In this document: piece by piece, positions 35,166 through 47,640 of the stretch | How the letters are laid out: each line of letters opens with the position of its first letter | Numbering within the stretch: position 1 is the stretch's first letter | Source: Phoronis australis | Taxonomy: Eukaryota > Animalia > Phoronida | DNA length: 64,000 nt | NCBI GenBank assembly: GCA_002633005.1 | Contig: NMRA01000084.1 | Coordinates: forward strand, 713,267 to 777,266 | Direction: 5' to 3' | Notes under the pieces: generated by a model | Database searches by the model: none | Told to the model about the DNA's origin: nothing | Seen by the model: only the letters and a program-made list of their open reading frames with translations | Program-made: the position numbers and the translations under genes

Positions 35166-37145
35166 AGGAAAATCGTGTTCTATAAAGCATACTTACGTGG
35201 TGACAAAATGAGAAATTTTCAAAAAAATTTTGCCACAAAAAGCGTTTTAACGAATTGAAGATGTTTTAACGAAAATGTTTTCAAATCACAATTGCGAACA
35301 CAATCTTTTTAGAGCTCAATGTGAACAAAAAGTTTGCTGTGCTAAATGGCCATGAACAGAGTTCTCCATGTCAAAGATGCGTTCTGAAATTTTCCAAAAA
35401 TGGCTCGTTCACCTGTGTCGTTAATTCGGAACCAATCGATGATGCAAACTGTAAGAAATTGGACAATTAGATTCTCAGTTACACAGCGTTTGTACTGTTC
35501 ACTACGGTTGAGACTAAAGAACATTTTAAATTGAATCTATTGAGAAAACTGTGGTATATTTTTACGCGAACCAAATGCTGTGGCGTTCTAATCGCGGACG
35601 AGCAGGTATTTGTGCTTATTAAATTCGATCGATGGCAGCGATAGGTAAAGGTTTTGAATGATTTATTCATAGATTCAATAATCAACTGTAGAAGCTGAAA
35701 ACCCTTAGCTGATAATTATTTTATTTAATTTATTTTATTTTATTTAATTATTAGCTGATATTTTTTGAAACTATTACTATTCCTAACAAAACAATAACAG
35801 TCACAGAGTGAGCTTGGATAGCCAAATGTCACTAAAATGAAATGACACTGATACTGTATACCTTGCTGCGTAATGAAATAAGGTGAAAAGAAACACGAAA
35901 AGACACCCTACCTTCTATGCGTGACTTAACTTCTAGCACTCGGTTTTCGAAATTTATAGAGAACAATACGTCAAAATGTTCCTATAGAAACATGATATTT
36001 AGCAACGCCTACACAAACCGCGTGACATCGAAAAGGCGTGTATTAGTTTCAGTTCAAGGTTCGCAACGGAAATCCTCAATATGAATGACGCTCAGCTAGT
36101 TTCTCAGGTTCCAATGCATCAAGATATTCACTGTTAAAACGTAGAGCTGCAAGAAATGGCTCTGTTTCATATGGTAAAGTGCTCTTGATTTGTTGAACTC
36201 CCGCTGACAAACTATAGAAGGATAACACATAAATGGGTTGAGTTCAGCAAACCAAAGGATCTGGCGAAAGAAGCTACTGTGATAAGGTGCTTGGCTAGTA
36301 AATACCTCGCGAAGCCATAGGCGATCTTGCATTTTCGCGTGGTTCTCGGAACACAACAAAAAGGGCCAAACGTGAAATTGGTGACGGGGAGACTGGAATG
36401 AGTGACAGCCCAGGGGCATTTTCAGTGCTATGGAATGGTGGGGGGTGAAAACAGAATTGAAATGAGTTTCGATCGGTGGGAAGAAGGTATTTTGTGTAAC
36501 CAACACTCCTCCCCGAAGGTTTACTAGTGTTTATAAGCAAAATATTCGAGCAAACACCAGGTATCATATTTTGAAATATCCATGTTTGTAATGGTTAACC
36601 TTCGGTACAGATGTATTTCAAAATCTAGCAGCGATAACGCCCCTCGTAATTTGTCTTGAAAGTAATGTCGCATAAACACGATAGTTCAAATATTTGAGAC
36701 AGTCGTTTAATAAGGATGTTTGTAATGCCTTTTATGAGTGGACATTAAATATAATGAAATAATGGGTACTATAAACATGAGTTGCGAGTTAGAAGTTCAT
36801 AACATGCATGTTAAAACGGTGATAAACGCACCTTCCATCACAAAAAAGAACAATTCAAGCCATTTACCGTTATGAAATTAGTCTCGAATTGTTCGAATTC
36901 CTTAGTTAAAAGATAACAAAACTTGTCTTGATGATTTTAACCAATCCTCGTTCTGAACATTTATGTCACAGATTGGGTATTATGGTTCTTGGTGGGTGAT
37001 CTTTCCACACAGGTGTCTTGTAAGTCGTTAAAAAAAGTAGGTCACACTTGCCTGTTTAGCATACTTCGAAAGGAATTTTCAAATTTTCCTACAAACTTTA
37101 TACAGGGATATAGAGCACTATTTTGTCTCAAGGAATATTGAGTAA

Positions 37146-37245
37146 TGGTCTGATATAACTTGCCCGAATTTTGAGAACCAGTTTTCCCCACTAAATAACG
37201 GGCGTCAAACTGGTTCTCAAAATGCGGGCACGTTATATCAGACTA
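37146..37245. mobile_element. 100-bp hairpin MITE inserted in a LINE fragment
   Basis: tggtctgatataacttgcccgaattttgagaaccagttt pairs with aaactggttctcaaaatgcgggcacgttatatcagacta. It is absent from the other two copies of the host repeat. Confidence 0.7.
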
Positions 37246-37469
37246 TTGCCAGGAATTGGATGGGAAAGTCGTTTTTAATATCTGTTAATGGACAAAAATG
37301 GGATTTGGTATCCTTTAAATTGGAGGTGAATCCAGGGTTTCGAGGTAACTAACAGTACGCTGTTGTTTTGAAATCGGGCTCTACAACTTACCTTGTCACG
37401 GCGTGTCATTTTACGCCGTGTCAAGGGATAATGAACTGCCAGTTCACTTCTCGTCGTTGAGACTAAATT

Positions 37470-37970
37470 TATCAATCAATCATTATTTATTGAAAATCAG
37501 ATTTAGAGACAGTAAGCATGACCCCTCGTGACAGGCTCGTTTCGTCGGCTATAAAATTACAATTGGGAGAATAAATAATTAAATAAATGAATAAGAGAAA
37601 AATAAACTATTAGCAGCAACTTGAAGGCGTTTGGATTGACATATCCTGATCAAAGGATATTAGCTCCTGTTTTGATGATTTCAACTAATTCCATGCTAGT
37701 GCATCTTTGGCGTAAATATTGAAAGATAAATGTATGAGAACAATAAAAACTCGGACGCCCAATGTCCCAGATTGGATATTATGGTTCTTGGTCAGTGGTC
37801 TTTCCCCACAGTTGCCTTATAATTCGATAAAAGCGGAGGTCACGCTTGCCCGTTTAGCAGACCTCGAAAGCAGTTTTCAAATTTTCTTTCAAACTTTTGA
37901 GGGATGTCGAGGGTTACAGAGCATTATTTTGCCTCAGGGAATTTGATGGGGAAAGTCGTTTTTAATATAT
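37470..37970 (-). mobile_element. Decayed CR1/L2-like LINE 3' fragment (further partial copies at about 36975-37290 and 43655-43845)
   Basis: Three alignable copies (attatggttcttggt..g.tcttt...gg tca.gctt...tttagca.ac.tcgaaag..attttcaaatttt). On the minus strand this copy ends in aataaataatgattgattgat, a simple-repeat tail typical of the CR1/L2 group. Confidence 0.5.
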
Positions 37971-39095
37971 GTTAATCGGCCGAACCCGGGTTTGTCATCC
38001 TACTGACAGAGAGCTCCATCTGAACAGGGCCTTTATAGTGAATTTACAATATTCTAGGATGTTTTCTTGGCAGTCGACATGCTCAATGAGGGTCTGCTTA
38101 TCAGTGGCGGATCTACGGGGGGGGGGGTTCAGGGGGTTTAAACCCCCCCCCTCGGGCCAGGACCCAAAAAATTAAAAAAAAAAACAAAAGCGTCTCCAGC
38201 AAAACAAAAACGGCACCGCCAGCGTGTGTAAACCCCAAGTAAACCAACTTGGAAAAAATTGAGGGGGGTTGCATTGTGAACTGCTGAGTCTTTGTGGCTC
38301 ATCGGCAAAACGCGCGGGGATTTATTGTGCGCGCGCTTCCGTCGACACTTCTGAAGTGGCCAAGCATTTTAGATGGATTCAGCGCTGAAAGAGCAGTTCT
38401 ATAGCTGATTTCTTTAGGTAACTAGCTTCTTTACTCTTAGATATATTTTGATTTCATTAGGGGAAATACTGCGGTGCCGCAACCCTGATATTCAGGCGAA
38501 TTGACGTGCAACGTAACGTTTTTACCTTATCTGTCATGCCGTGTCATTCTATTACACTCCACACGTTTGTTTGTAACTGATGTATAGTAAAGTTGTCTTG
38601 CGCAATATCATACAGTGTACATGTACATGAAATATTGTGTACATGTACATGTAACATTTTTGAAAAAAAATCTTTTTCCGAAGAATTGCTATTGTGGCGG
38701 GCGCCGTGGTCTGGTCGCGAGTCCGTTTGAAGACACACTCTATAACAAGTTATGTCTATACAAGGAATGACCAAGGGGGCACTCACATTGAGAAAGTGAC
38801 CGCATTCGCGAAACGTGCGATGTTCAATAGGCCTCCTAAGGAGCCCTAGTTCCGACCTCAACACCTATCGTCTGTCTACCTGCAATAAGCACACTGCCGT
38901 CTTCTATACTGGGGATTTCCGCGGAAAGGCTCACCCGATGAAACGCTCATGCCCATGGGCATTTATTTGATATTAGTACTTCGGGTTTCAAGCGTTCAGA
39001 CATTGGGACGTTTATTTCGAAAATTGCAAGAGATGCAAATAGGTCCTGGGATGCTTCGTCAAGGTTTGAAGTAGTCCATGATGAACGGGTCAAAT

Positions 39096-39263
39096 TTAGT
39101 TGCGCATGTAAGTCTTTTGAATGGACTTGGCAACCTCAAGGGTCTTAGTGTCAACTGAGCTGCGAAACGAGATGCTGACATTGTAGAGGCTTACAAGCTC
39201 ATTGACACAGCAGTTGACGAAGTGCAAGCGTTGGGAACAAACATCGAAGATATCTGGGTAGAA
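39096..39263 (+). pseudogene. hAT (P52rIPK/ZMYM1-like) transposase fragment
   Basis: LVAHVSLLNGLGNLKGLSVN*AAKRDADIVEAYKLIDTAVDEVQALGTNIEDIWVE matches the LxxLSxxLQxxxxDIxxAxxxI region of hAT transposases. It has an in-frame stop and runs into the gap. Confidence 0.7.
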
Positions 39264-40153
39264 NNNNNNNNNNNNNNNNNNNNNNNNNNNNNNNNNNNNN
39301 NNNNNNNNNNNNNNNNNNNNNNNNNNNNNNNNNNNNNNNNNNNNNNNNNNNNNNNNNNNNNNNNNNNNNNNNNNNNNNNNNNNNNNNNNNNNNNNNNNNN
39401 NNNNNNNNNNNNNNNNNNNNNNNNNNNNNNNNNNNNNNNNNNNNNNNNNNNNNNNNNNNNNNNNNNNNNNNNNNNNNNNNNNNNNNNNNNNNNNNNNNNN
39501 NNNNNNNNNNNNNNNNNNNNNNNNNNNNNNNNNNNNNNNNNNNNNNNNNNNNNNNNNNNNNNNNNNNNNNNNNNNNNNNNNNNNNNNNNNNNNNNNNNNN
39601 NNNNNNNNNNNNNNNNNNNNNNNNNNNNNNNNNNNNNNNNNNNNNNNNNNNNNNNNNNNNNNNNNNNNNNNNNNNNNNNNNNNNNNNNNNNNNNNNNNNN
39701 NNNNNNNNNNNNNNNNNNNNNNNNNNNNNNNNNNNNNNNNNNNNNNNNNNNNNNNNNNNNNNNNNNNNNNNNNNNNNNNNNNNNNNNNNNNNNNNNNNNN
39801 NNNNNNNNNNNNNNNNNNNNNNNNNNNNNNNNNNNNNNNNNNNNNNNNNNNNNNNNNNNNNNNNNNNNNNNNNNNNNNNNNNNNNNNNNNNNNNNNNNNN
39901 NNNNNNNNNNNNNNNNNNNNNNNNNNNNNNNNNNNNNNNNNNNNNNNNNNNNNNNNNNNNNNNNNNNNNNNNNNNNNNNNNNNNNNNNNNNNNNNNNNNN
40001 NNNNNNNNNNNNNNNNNNNNNNNNNNNNNNNNNNNNNNNNNNNNNNNNNNNNNNNNNNNNNNNNNNNNNNNNNNNNNNNNNNNNNNNNNNNNNNNNNNNN
40101 NNNNNNNNNNNNNNNNNNNNNNNNNNNNNNNNNNNNNNNNNNNNNNNNNNNNN
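39264..40153. other. Assembly gap (N run); others at 43902-44025 and 46687-46957
   Basis: Runs of n. Confidence 1.
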
Positions 40154-41569
40154 CCCAAACACTAAAACTGCACACATTTAAATGTTGTTTCATCCGTATA
40201 ATTTTAATTACCGGTGTTAATTAATAAACTCAACATTTCCCTACGCTCTTGCTGTTTTATTTTTTTGCGGCAGCCAAGGGGGGGGGGGGCCCTGGCCCCC
40301 CCTAAATCCGCCTATGTCAATTGTTGTCAACGTGATTCAGCTTAATAAAGTGATACCTATTTATTGATTGTTGCTTTTAATAATAGACTATGAGTTGAGA
40401 GCACCATCGTTCGCCAGTTTTTCGCGTAACGAGACGAAACACATTTCCGGACTAACAGTACAGGTCTTCGTTCTTAAACAACTTGAGTCTGCTATTACGC
40501 GATCATCTGATATTCAAGTTTTTACGCCTCGTCCGTGCTCCTTAATTATGCTCTTGAATATTTGCAAATTGTCTAAACCCCTGTATACACACTACACTTT
40601 TTCGTATACGACTTTTCGTATGCTAAAAAAGGTGTGTGTAAGCAGACGTTCCAACAAAAATTTTTGCTGGTGGCGTGACTCGTACCCAGATGTGCACAAT
40701 ATGGTTTCACGAAACTTATGTGACAAGTTCACGTGACGAAATCGAGAAGGGTTTTTAATTATCTTAAGAAAAACTCCAGAGACATGTTAAGTGCCAGAAA
40801 CTTACCAGGGTGCATGGAAATTTCACTGTTTGGCTACAAAAACAAAAAAATATCTTACACGAGAAGGGAAACCCCCCTCCCGACCTCCCCACGCTCGGCG
40901 CCACGAGCCTAGGATTCGACCTTGGCGTGAATCCTAAACCCCCCCTTGGTGAAAACGTAGATCTGCCACTGTTATCACGTGCATTATAACCAGTGCAAGA
41001 GGTCTAAATCAAAAGTTCGCTTCTTGAACCAAGGGGGGCGCACCATAGGGGGCTGGGAGAGATTCTCTAGTCGCTTCAAATTCATCATTAGTCGAATTAA
41101 CAAAATGTTAAAAAAACGTAGACAAAACTGTTGTATCGACTGGCCTGGGTGTGGGTGTGACTGAACATGTACTAATTTCTTTGTGAATTTAGTTTTGATA
41201 TGATAAACAAATAAAGCCAAAGTAAACAACATGTCAGCACAACGATTAATTGCGATAGGTGTAACTATCGCCAATAGGCTTGACCGTCCTGAGTGCTAGT
41301 TTAAACGCGAATTAACACCACGTGTTGGAATACACATTATTACTAATTCAAAAAGTAAAGACCTCCAAGAGCGTAAATACGTCAGGCTATTGCCACATGT
41401 GGTTCATTTCCTTGCCTTCAAGTTTCAGGTACAAGTTGACGGAAAGTAGCGCGTGGCTGTCAGTCAGTACCTACAGTAGTTCTTACTCAGCACCAGAGTT
41501 TCGCATGTTTGTCTGAGGAGACGACTGAAGAAAATGGTTTTGGCGATATTTGTCTTTCTGTGTTATGTT

Positions 41570-41717
41570 TAGTGACGGAGTTAGAGGGGGGCCATGCGCC
41601 CCAGACTCTCTTAGATTCCATTTGGCAGTTCGGGGGTGCGAATGTCTGACGGGCAAAATCCTGGCTAATACTTAACCCTGCCCTCCCCCCTTAACTAAAT
41701 ATCCTGTATCCCCCCTG
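41570..41717 (+). mobile_element. hAT-like MITE, copy 2 of the 21046-21205 family
   Basis: Alignable over its length with 21046-21205. Flanks are ATGTT/ATGTC. Confidence 0.7.
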
Positions 41718-44700
41718 ATGTCGTAAGAGAATCAACTAGAGGTTTGAATACCCTCAATATGCACATTCAGAAATATTTCGTAGTAAGAATTGTACATGCG
41801 TTCCTTTTTTTCTTTTGAATTTTGTTTCCCAGTCTTTCGGCGGCGAATCGGTTGAACTTTTACTTGCAATGCTGAACTTAAAATGTTTATATGGAGAGAG
41901 TGGACCCTGAGTTGTGGGACATTTAAAGAAGATTTTTTGAGTACTTTCACCAGGAAACTTTTTCTTAGCAGTTTCTACCTCATGCGTTGGTGTAATTTTC
42001 AATTGTAAAATCTTCCCTCATTCAAAGTTGCACATTTTCGTTTAACTTGCCAACGTAAAAAATGTTAAAATTCGGAGTTCAAATGTAATTGTTGATAAGA
42101 AATGTTGCCTCGTAGTTTTTAACAAACACATGTAAGCATTGTTGGTCAAATTGAACAAATAAACGAGGAAACTAGGTCAAAATAGCATTAAAAAGCTTTT
42201 TACGTTCCACCGACACCCTGTTGTAAAATTCGAAACTACATTAAATTACAACTGTCTGGACCATTGCGATGTTTATGCAAAACATGTGATAAATTAAGGT
42301 CCGCTTTTGTGTCCATCCTAGAAGATGAAAAGAATTTTGATATTTTGCTGAGAAAAAAGTACGATAAAGCAGGAAAAAGGGCAAAAAAATCGGACCTTAA
42401 TTCTTGATTACTTTACGTTGACAGTTACCTGGTAACTGTCAACGTGAGTACATATGCATGCATATCTGAGATATACATGTAATCACCCCTTGTCACAAAC
42501 ATGACTCAGCAAACATAGTATTGAAATTTTCGTGCAGCTGCCTCAGTACATTTTCAGCAGTTTGAATTTTCCGGACTGTTGGAAATACTGCGACAAAGTT
42601 CCATGACGCATGTTTTGCGTGCTAACACACTTTCTTTGATTGTCATTGTATTATATGATTGACGACTTCAGTAAAGTGAGCTATGACTTCTGAGGATGGT
42701 GTTTAATAAATGACACCGAAACATGTCAAGTTTTAAATCCGTTGTTGTTTTCGTGAAAAAGTGAGCTAAACCGTTTTGACGGCACTTTTTGTATCACCCA
42801 AGGATTTCTTACTGTGGTTTAACCTATAAACTCCGTTTTTACAGAAACTGTGCATCTTAAAACGCGGGAACTTATAAATAATGGACTAGAAATATTTCAT
42901 TTAGTCATACAATTAAAAAACAAGCTGAAAATGATTCGTGGAAAATCCAGATAAACAACAGTTTTGATCTATTATAGCTCAAGATTGGTTATAAAAATGA
43001 CATCGAGCAGTTGAGCAACGACAGGTGGCCCCTGTTACGTACGCAGCCCTGTTATGCCAAGTGCTCTGCGTTGATGGTAGCTCGTAGTTATTGCGCAGCA
43101 CTGACGTTAAGTCCATTCTTACAGACTGCACCAGTCTTCGTATTACACTGCTTATAATAATTAATCGTGTACAGAATAATAATAAAATAAAAAATAAAAG
43201 ATGCTTCATAACCAGAGACCGTAGAGTCTTTGCCATAACCCATTTAAATGTGAAAATAAAGACAGCTATTAGGCTAGTCAACTCACGTGACCTTCCAAAT
43301 AAGGAAGACAATACAGCCAGGAAAATCCCTGTATTTTCGGCTGACGCGAAGTCGACCGTGACAGTGCGGTGGATGCCGGGTAGAAGATAGGTAAGCCCCT
43401 TGCAGTGGTTTATTTATAGATGTGATTTTCTCAACTTCGCGTGCATTGACATGTCGTCCTCTGTGTTTACTTCGAATTTTGGCTTAAAAGGGTACCAAAC
43501 TCTGCCTTTATGATTTTAATCAATCCTCGTACTGCCCCCTGCTAATACATGTACATCATTGGCATCAGGAAGAATCTCTTCCTGTTGGCATCTATCTTGA
43601 AAGATAAGAGCTCGACTCAATTAAAAACTCGTATCTTCAATCTCACAAATTTCACATTATAGTCCTTGGTGGGTGATCTTTTCGTACATTTGCCGTGCAA
43701 TTCGCTCAAAGCGTAGGTCATGCTTTTCCATTTTAGTAGACTTTGAAAGTAATTTTCAAATTTTCCTCAAAACTTATGAGGGTTGTCGAGGGTTACAGAG
43801 CATTATCTTGTTTCGGAATACTGGATGGTAAAGTGGTTTTTGTTAATAGGCCAAAAGCGGGTGTGATATTCTTTTAAGTTAATAGTTTGTTATAAACGCG
43901 GNNNNNNNNNNNNNNNNNNNNNNNNNNNNNNNNNNNNNNNNNNNNNNNNNNNNNNNNNNNNNNNNNNNNNNNNNNNNNNNNNNNNNNNNNNNNNNNNNNN
44001 NNNNNNNNNNNNNNNNNNNNNNNNNGGGGGGTAAAGGAAAGGGTGGAGGGGGAGAGAGAGAGGGGGAAGAGTGTCTACCATTTACGGAACGCGCCCTTGT
44101 ATACTGACTTGTGGTGGACACTGACTCTTCCATCCTAGCTTTACTGTGAAACGACATTACGACTTGGATATGTCGGTTAAAGTAAAAAATCAGCCTCGTC
44201 GAAAACTCACTGAGGCCAAAAATGTTGTTTTCAAGAAAAGATAGATGAAGAGATGCAGAAATTTTGAATTCTAAATTTTAGGTACAAAAGATGGCCATGG
44301 GAAATTCAATGTTTACCTTTGAGCATCACTGTGGTAAATGGCCTGTGTCTGATTTTAATGTTTAGAGAGTAATAAATCAGACAAAATGCATTGTAAATCT
44401 ACCAGCTAAGTTTTCTGTCAAATTTGTTTTAAAGACGCGGACTGCTTTGATGATAGAGCAACTGTAGTCATTTCAAGTTACTTTACTACGTATTTCCATT
44501 ACGTCTTCATACTCAGCATTTTAGAATAATGACTCTTTGTAACCGTTTTAACTACTGACAACTGCCCATTCCCCGTAATTACGCAGCAACAAGAGAAGAA
44601 AAAGCTCTCCACCAGTCGTTACCAGTTGTTAATTGTACCAACAACATTGTTCTTAGGAATGGTTAGGAAATCTTTACTTGGCATTTTTGGTCTTTATGTA

Positions 44701-47179
44701 TAATTACATAAAAACTTGGCGTGGATGAATACAGTTCCTGACACCCACGAGACAAAAACGTTCTTATGCTGTGCACTTTAGTGCATTCGCACAGAACGTT
44801 TAAAACAACTAATAGTAGCATCGTTCCAATACTTGTAGATGTCCCATAACGTTGAAGAGTGTTCGTGTTATCGGTTCAGTGAACTGGGCTCCCAAAATTC
44901 CTTAAACTGTGTTGCTGAAAAGCACGTAAGCAAGTGTGTCCGTGTGCGTGCGTTAGTGACCTGCTACTTACTGTACCAGGCTTTCGGAGGAGGACGCTGC
45001 TAGCGGTTATTACGGCTTTCGTTTACGACAGGAGGATAGTTATTGTAAAGTTCGTTTTCTGCCATGCTGCATCCAAATTAATTTTAAACAAAATTTTACC
45101 AGCGTTTCATTTCTCACAAAAAATAGTCTACTTCTATCTACATATACGTTGGTACTGACATTTATCCTAAGACAACATGAGTGCTGCACACAAAGATTTC
45201 AAAATTCATCAAAATTCAACTTATACTCACACCCTACTGAAAGCCACTTGTCCATCTACATATCAAATTAATGATCAATAAATAATGATCAATAATTAAT
45301 TGACAGCTGCATTGTACCTACCTTATTCAAGAACGCAATTAATTCGCAGTTGAAAATGGTGCTGTGGGCCAGAAATTGCGTAATTACCGTCGCCCACGCC
45401 TTTGTTTTGGCGCTAACGCCTAATTATTCTTGATTTTGTCTTGAACTTAATAGGTGGGTTGTCGTGCTAACAGCTAAATTTTACGACCGTGTTGTCATAA
45501 GTCCCTATTGATACAATGTCCAAATAGTGTTATCATCGTACCATACCCTTAACATCAATGGTTTACCCATTCGACGTCACTAGCGATTTATTCCATTCAC
45601 TGGTTGTAATAATGGTATAAGCTATATCAGTTTGTTGCTAAAACAAGGATTTACGGTGTTAGGGCCCACAGTACTGCAGCTAGGATGCAGCAAAAAGACT
45701 CTTTTGTGAACAGTTCGAATTAATCAGACAGAATCCCACACAATAAACTTCACATAGATTTCATCCACATTCGAAAAGAAACATGTTCTAAAAATACGCT
45801 GTCGAAAACTCATTGAGATGAGAGACAAACAATAGTTGACACCTTTATTCATGTCAGCATCACTTCTTTCAAATTCGTCAATTTTTAACTCGCATTTGAA
45901 ATACTTACGACAAGGCTAAAGTCACCCTTTCTTTTAATATCTTTGATTAATACATTCAATTTCCTAAGCAAACAATTCATGATGATTGCGGAGCAGCTGT
46001 TTCTTTACTGGACAATTTAAAGGGGCGTACGTGTAACTAGGAAGACAGATTCTGTCTCTCAGCATTACTATTGTAGGATTAAATCAAGAAATAAAATATT
46101 ATTAGATGCAGTCACACACCTTTGGCCTTTTAGACCCACATGCGCTTCATGCTAAGCTGTATCTAAATGAAATTTAGGCGCATTTGCCTAGTTTACTCCA
46201 CCGTAATTTAATTGGTCTCAATTTTTTTAGAGGTGATGGCTTTGAAAGAACTCATAGACTAATCGCTAAGCTTTGGCTTGGCATCTCGGTAGTGTCACAA
46301 CAACAGTAGTTTCGGTAGCTTTTGCTTCTTCAAAGCAACGTCACCGTGTTCGTATTCTGCAATTCGTTGCAGCATAGACTATAGATAGGGACTGCCAACT
46401 CCCGTTAGAGCGCGTTGCGCATGTCGCGGGCCACGGGACATAAGCACTAACGATGAGAGGGCGCTGCACACGCAGGATAGAAAACTTCCGGTTTTTGCAT
46501 GACAGCGTTTTCCCGTTCAGTGACTTAAAGGCGAAGGCAACCTTTTTCCATGTCATTTTGAGCCAAAATAAGGTGGGTTGGTTATCCTAGACATATTTTC
46601 CACTTAATTACAGCTTTTCGTAATTTTATTAATTACTCGTCCGCTACTCCGGAAGTGACGTTTTAGGAGGCAAGCGTTTCCCGCCANNNNNNNNNNNNNN
46701 NNNNNNNNNNNNNNNNNNNNNNNNNNNNNNNNNNNNNNNNNNNNNNNNNNNNNNNNNNNNNNNNNNNNNNNNNNNNNNNNNNNNNNNNNNNNNNNNNNNN
46801 NNNNNNNNNNNNNNNNNNNNNNNNNNNNNNNNNNNNNNNNNNNNNNNNNNNNNNNNNNNNNNNNNNNNNNNNNNNNNNNNNNNNNNNNNNNNNNNNNNNN
46901 NNNNNNNNNNNNNNNNNNNNNNNNNNNNNNNNNNNNNNNNNNNNNNNNNNNNNNNNNGTGTAGACGCCAGCGCGGTTCCTAAAGTTTGCGAACATGAGAA
47001 GAAAAGAAAGTGACAAAGTGTTCAAGTATTACATTTTGAAGTTAATCGATGACCCGTTACAATAATTTGTTACTGGTATCATAATTCACATTGCTAAACC
47101 GCGGTCTCTGAGGCCGTCGTTGCACTCAATGTTATCATCGATCTTAATCTAAAAGGTCGGGGATTCGCGTTTCCTATTA

Positions 47180-47371
47180 GCACAGGGCGGTAATCACCAA
47201 TCGGCAAAAGTAGGGGATGGGCGGTTAACCGAGCAGTGGGCGGTTAATTGGAAATCTTCAAAAATAGCAGGGGGGCGGTTAACCGAGCAGTGGGCGGTTA
47301 AATCGAAATTCACCTAAAGTAGGGGGTGGGCGGTTAACTGAGCATGGGCGTTAACCCGAACGATTACGGTA
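47180..47371. mobile_element. End of a TA-targeting MITE with subterminal GGGCGGTTAA repeats
   Basis: Six to seven GGGCG(G)TTAA motifs in units of about 55-60 bp, ending ...ttaacccgaacgattacggTA. Confidence 0.5.
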
Positions 47372-47406
47372 AGCTATGATACCACACTAACACTATTTTC
47401 AATAGA

Positions 47407-47640
47407 CAGTGACCACCGTCTCTAGCTGACTAGAGATGGTGATAGCTCCTATAGGAGCTTCATTCGCTGGAAGCTTTTCTGCGAATTGTGCCTCACATTG
47501 ACTAAGACGTCAATGTCACGTCGTTATAAATACCTTTTGCACATAGAGGGACGCCTTAGGAAGCCGTCTGTTTTTAATTCCTTCCATCTCGAAGAAATAC
47601 TAGTTACCGTTATTGAACTTTCTTCGAGCAGTACCTCATT
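47407..47640. mobile_element. Dispersed repeat with terminal hairpin (Helitron/Helentron-like end), copy 2
   Basis: CAGTGACCACCGTCTCTAGCTGACTAGAGATGGTG start; aligns with 13913-14140. Confidence 0.5.

Larger units (their letters stand above)
38102..40971 (+). mobile_element. Defective hAT transposon spanning an assembly gap
   Basis: TIRs CAGTGGCGGATCTACG (38102) and CGTAGATCTGCCACTG (to 40971), subterminal G/C runs, TTAT on both flanks and an internal transposase remnant. A different element end at about 40280-40317 suggests nesting or mis-joining. Confidence 0.65.

Noticed and set aside
39096-40193. Long ORFs of 319-365 aa
   Set aside because: Made of N-gap positions.
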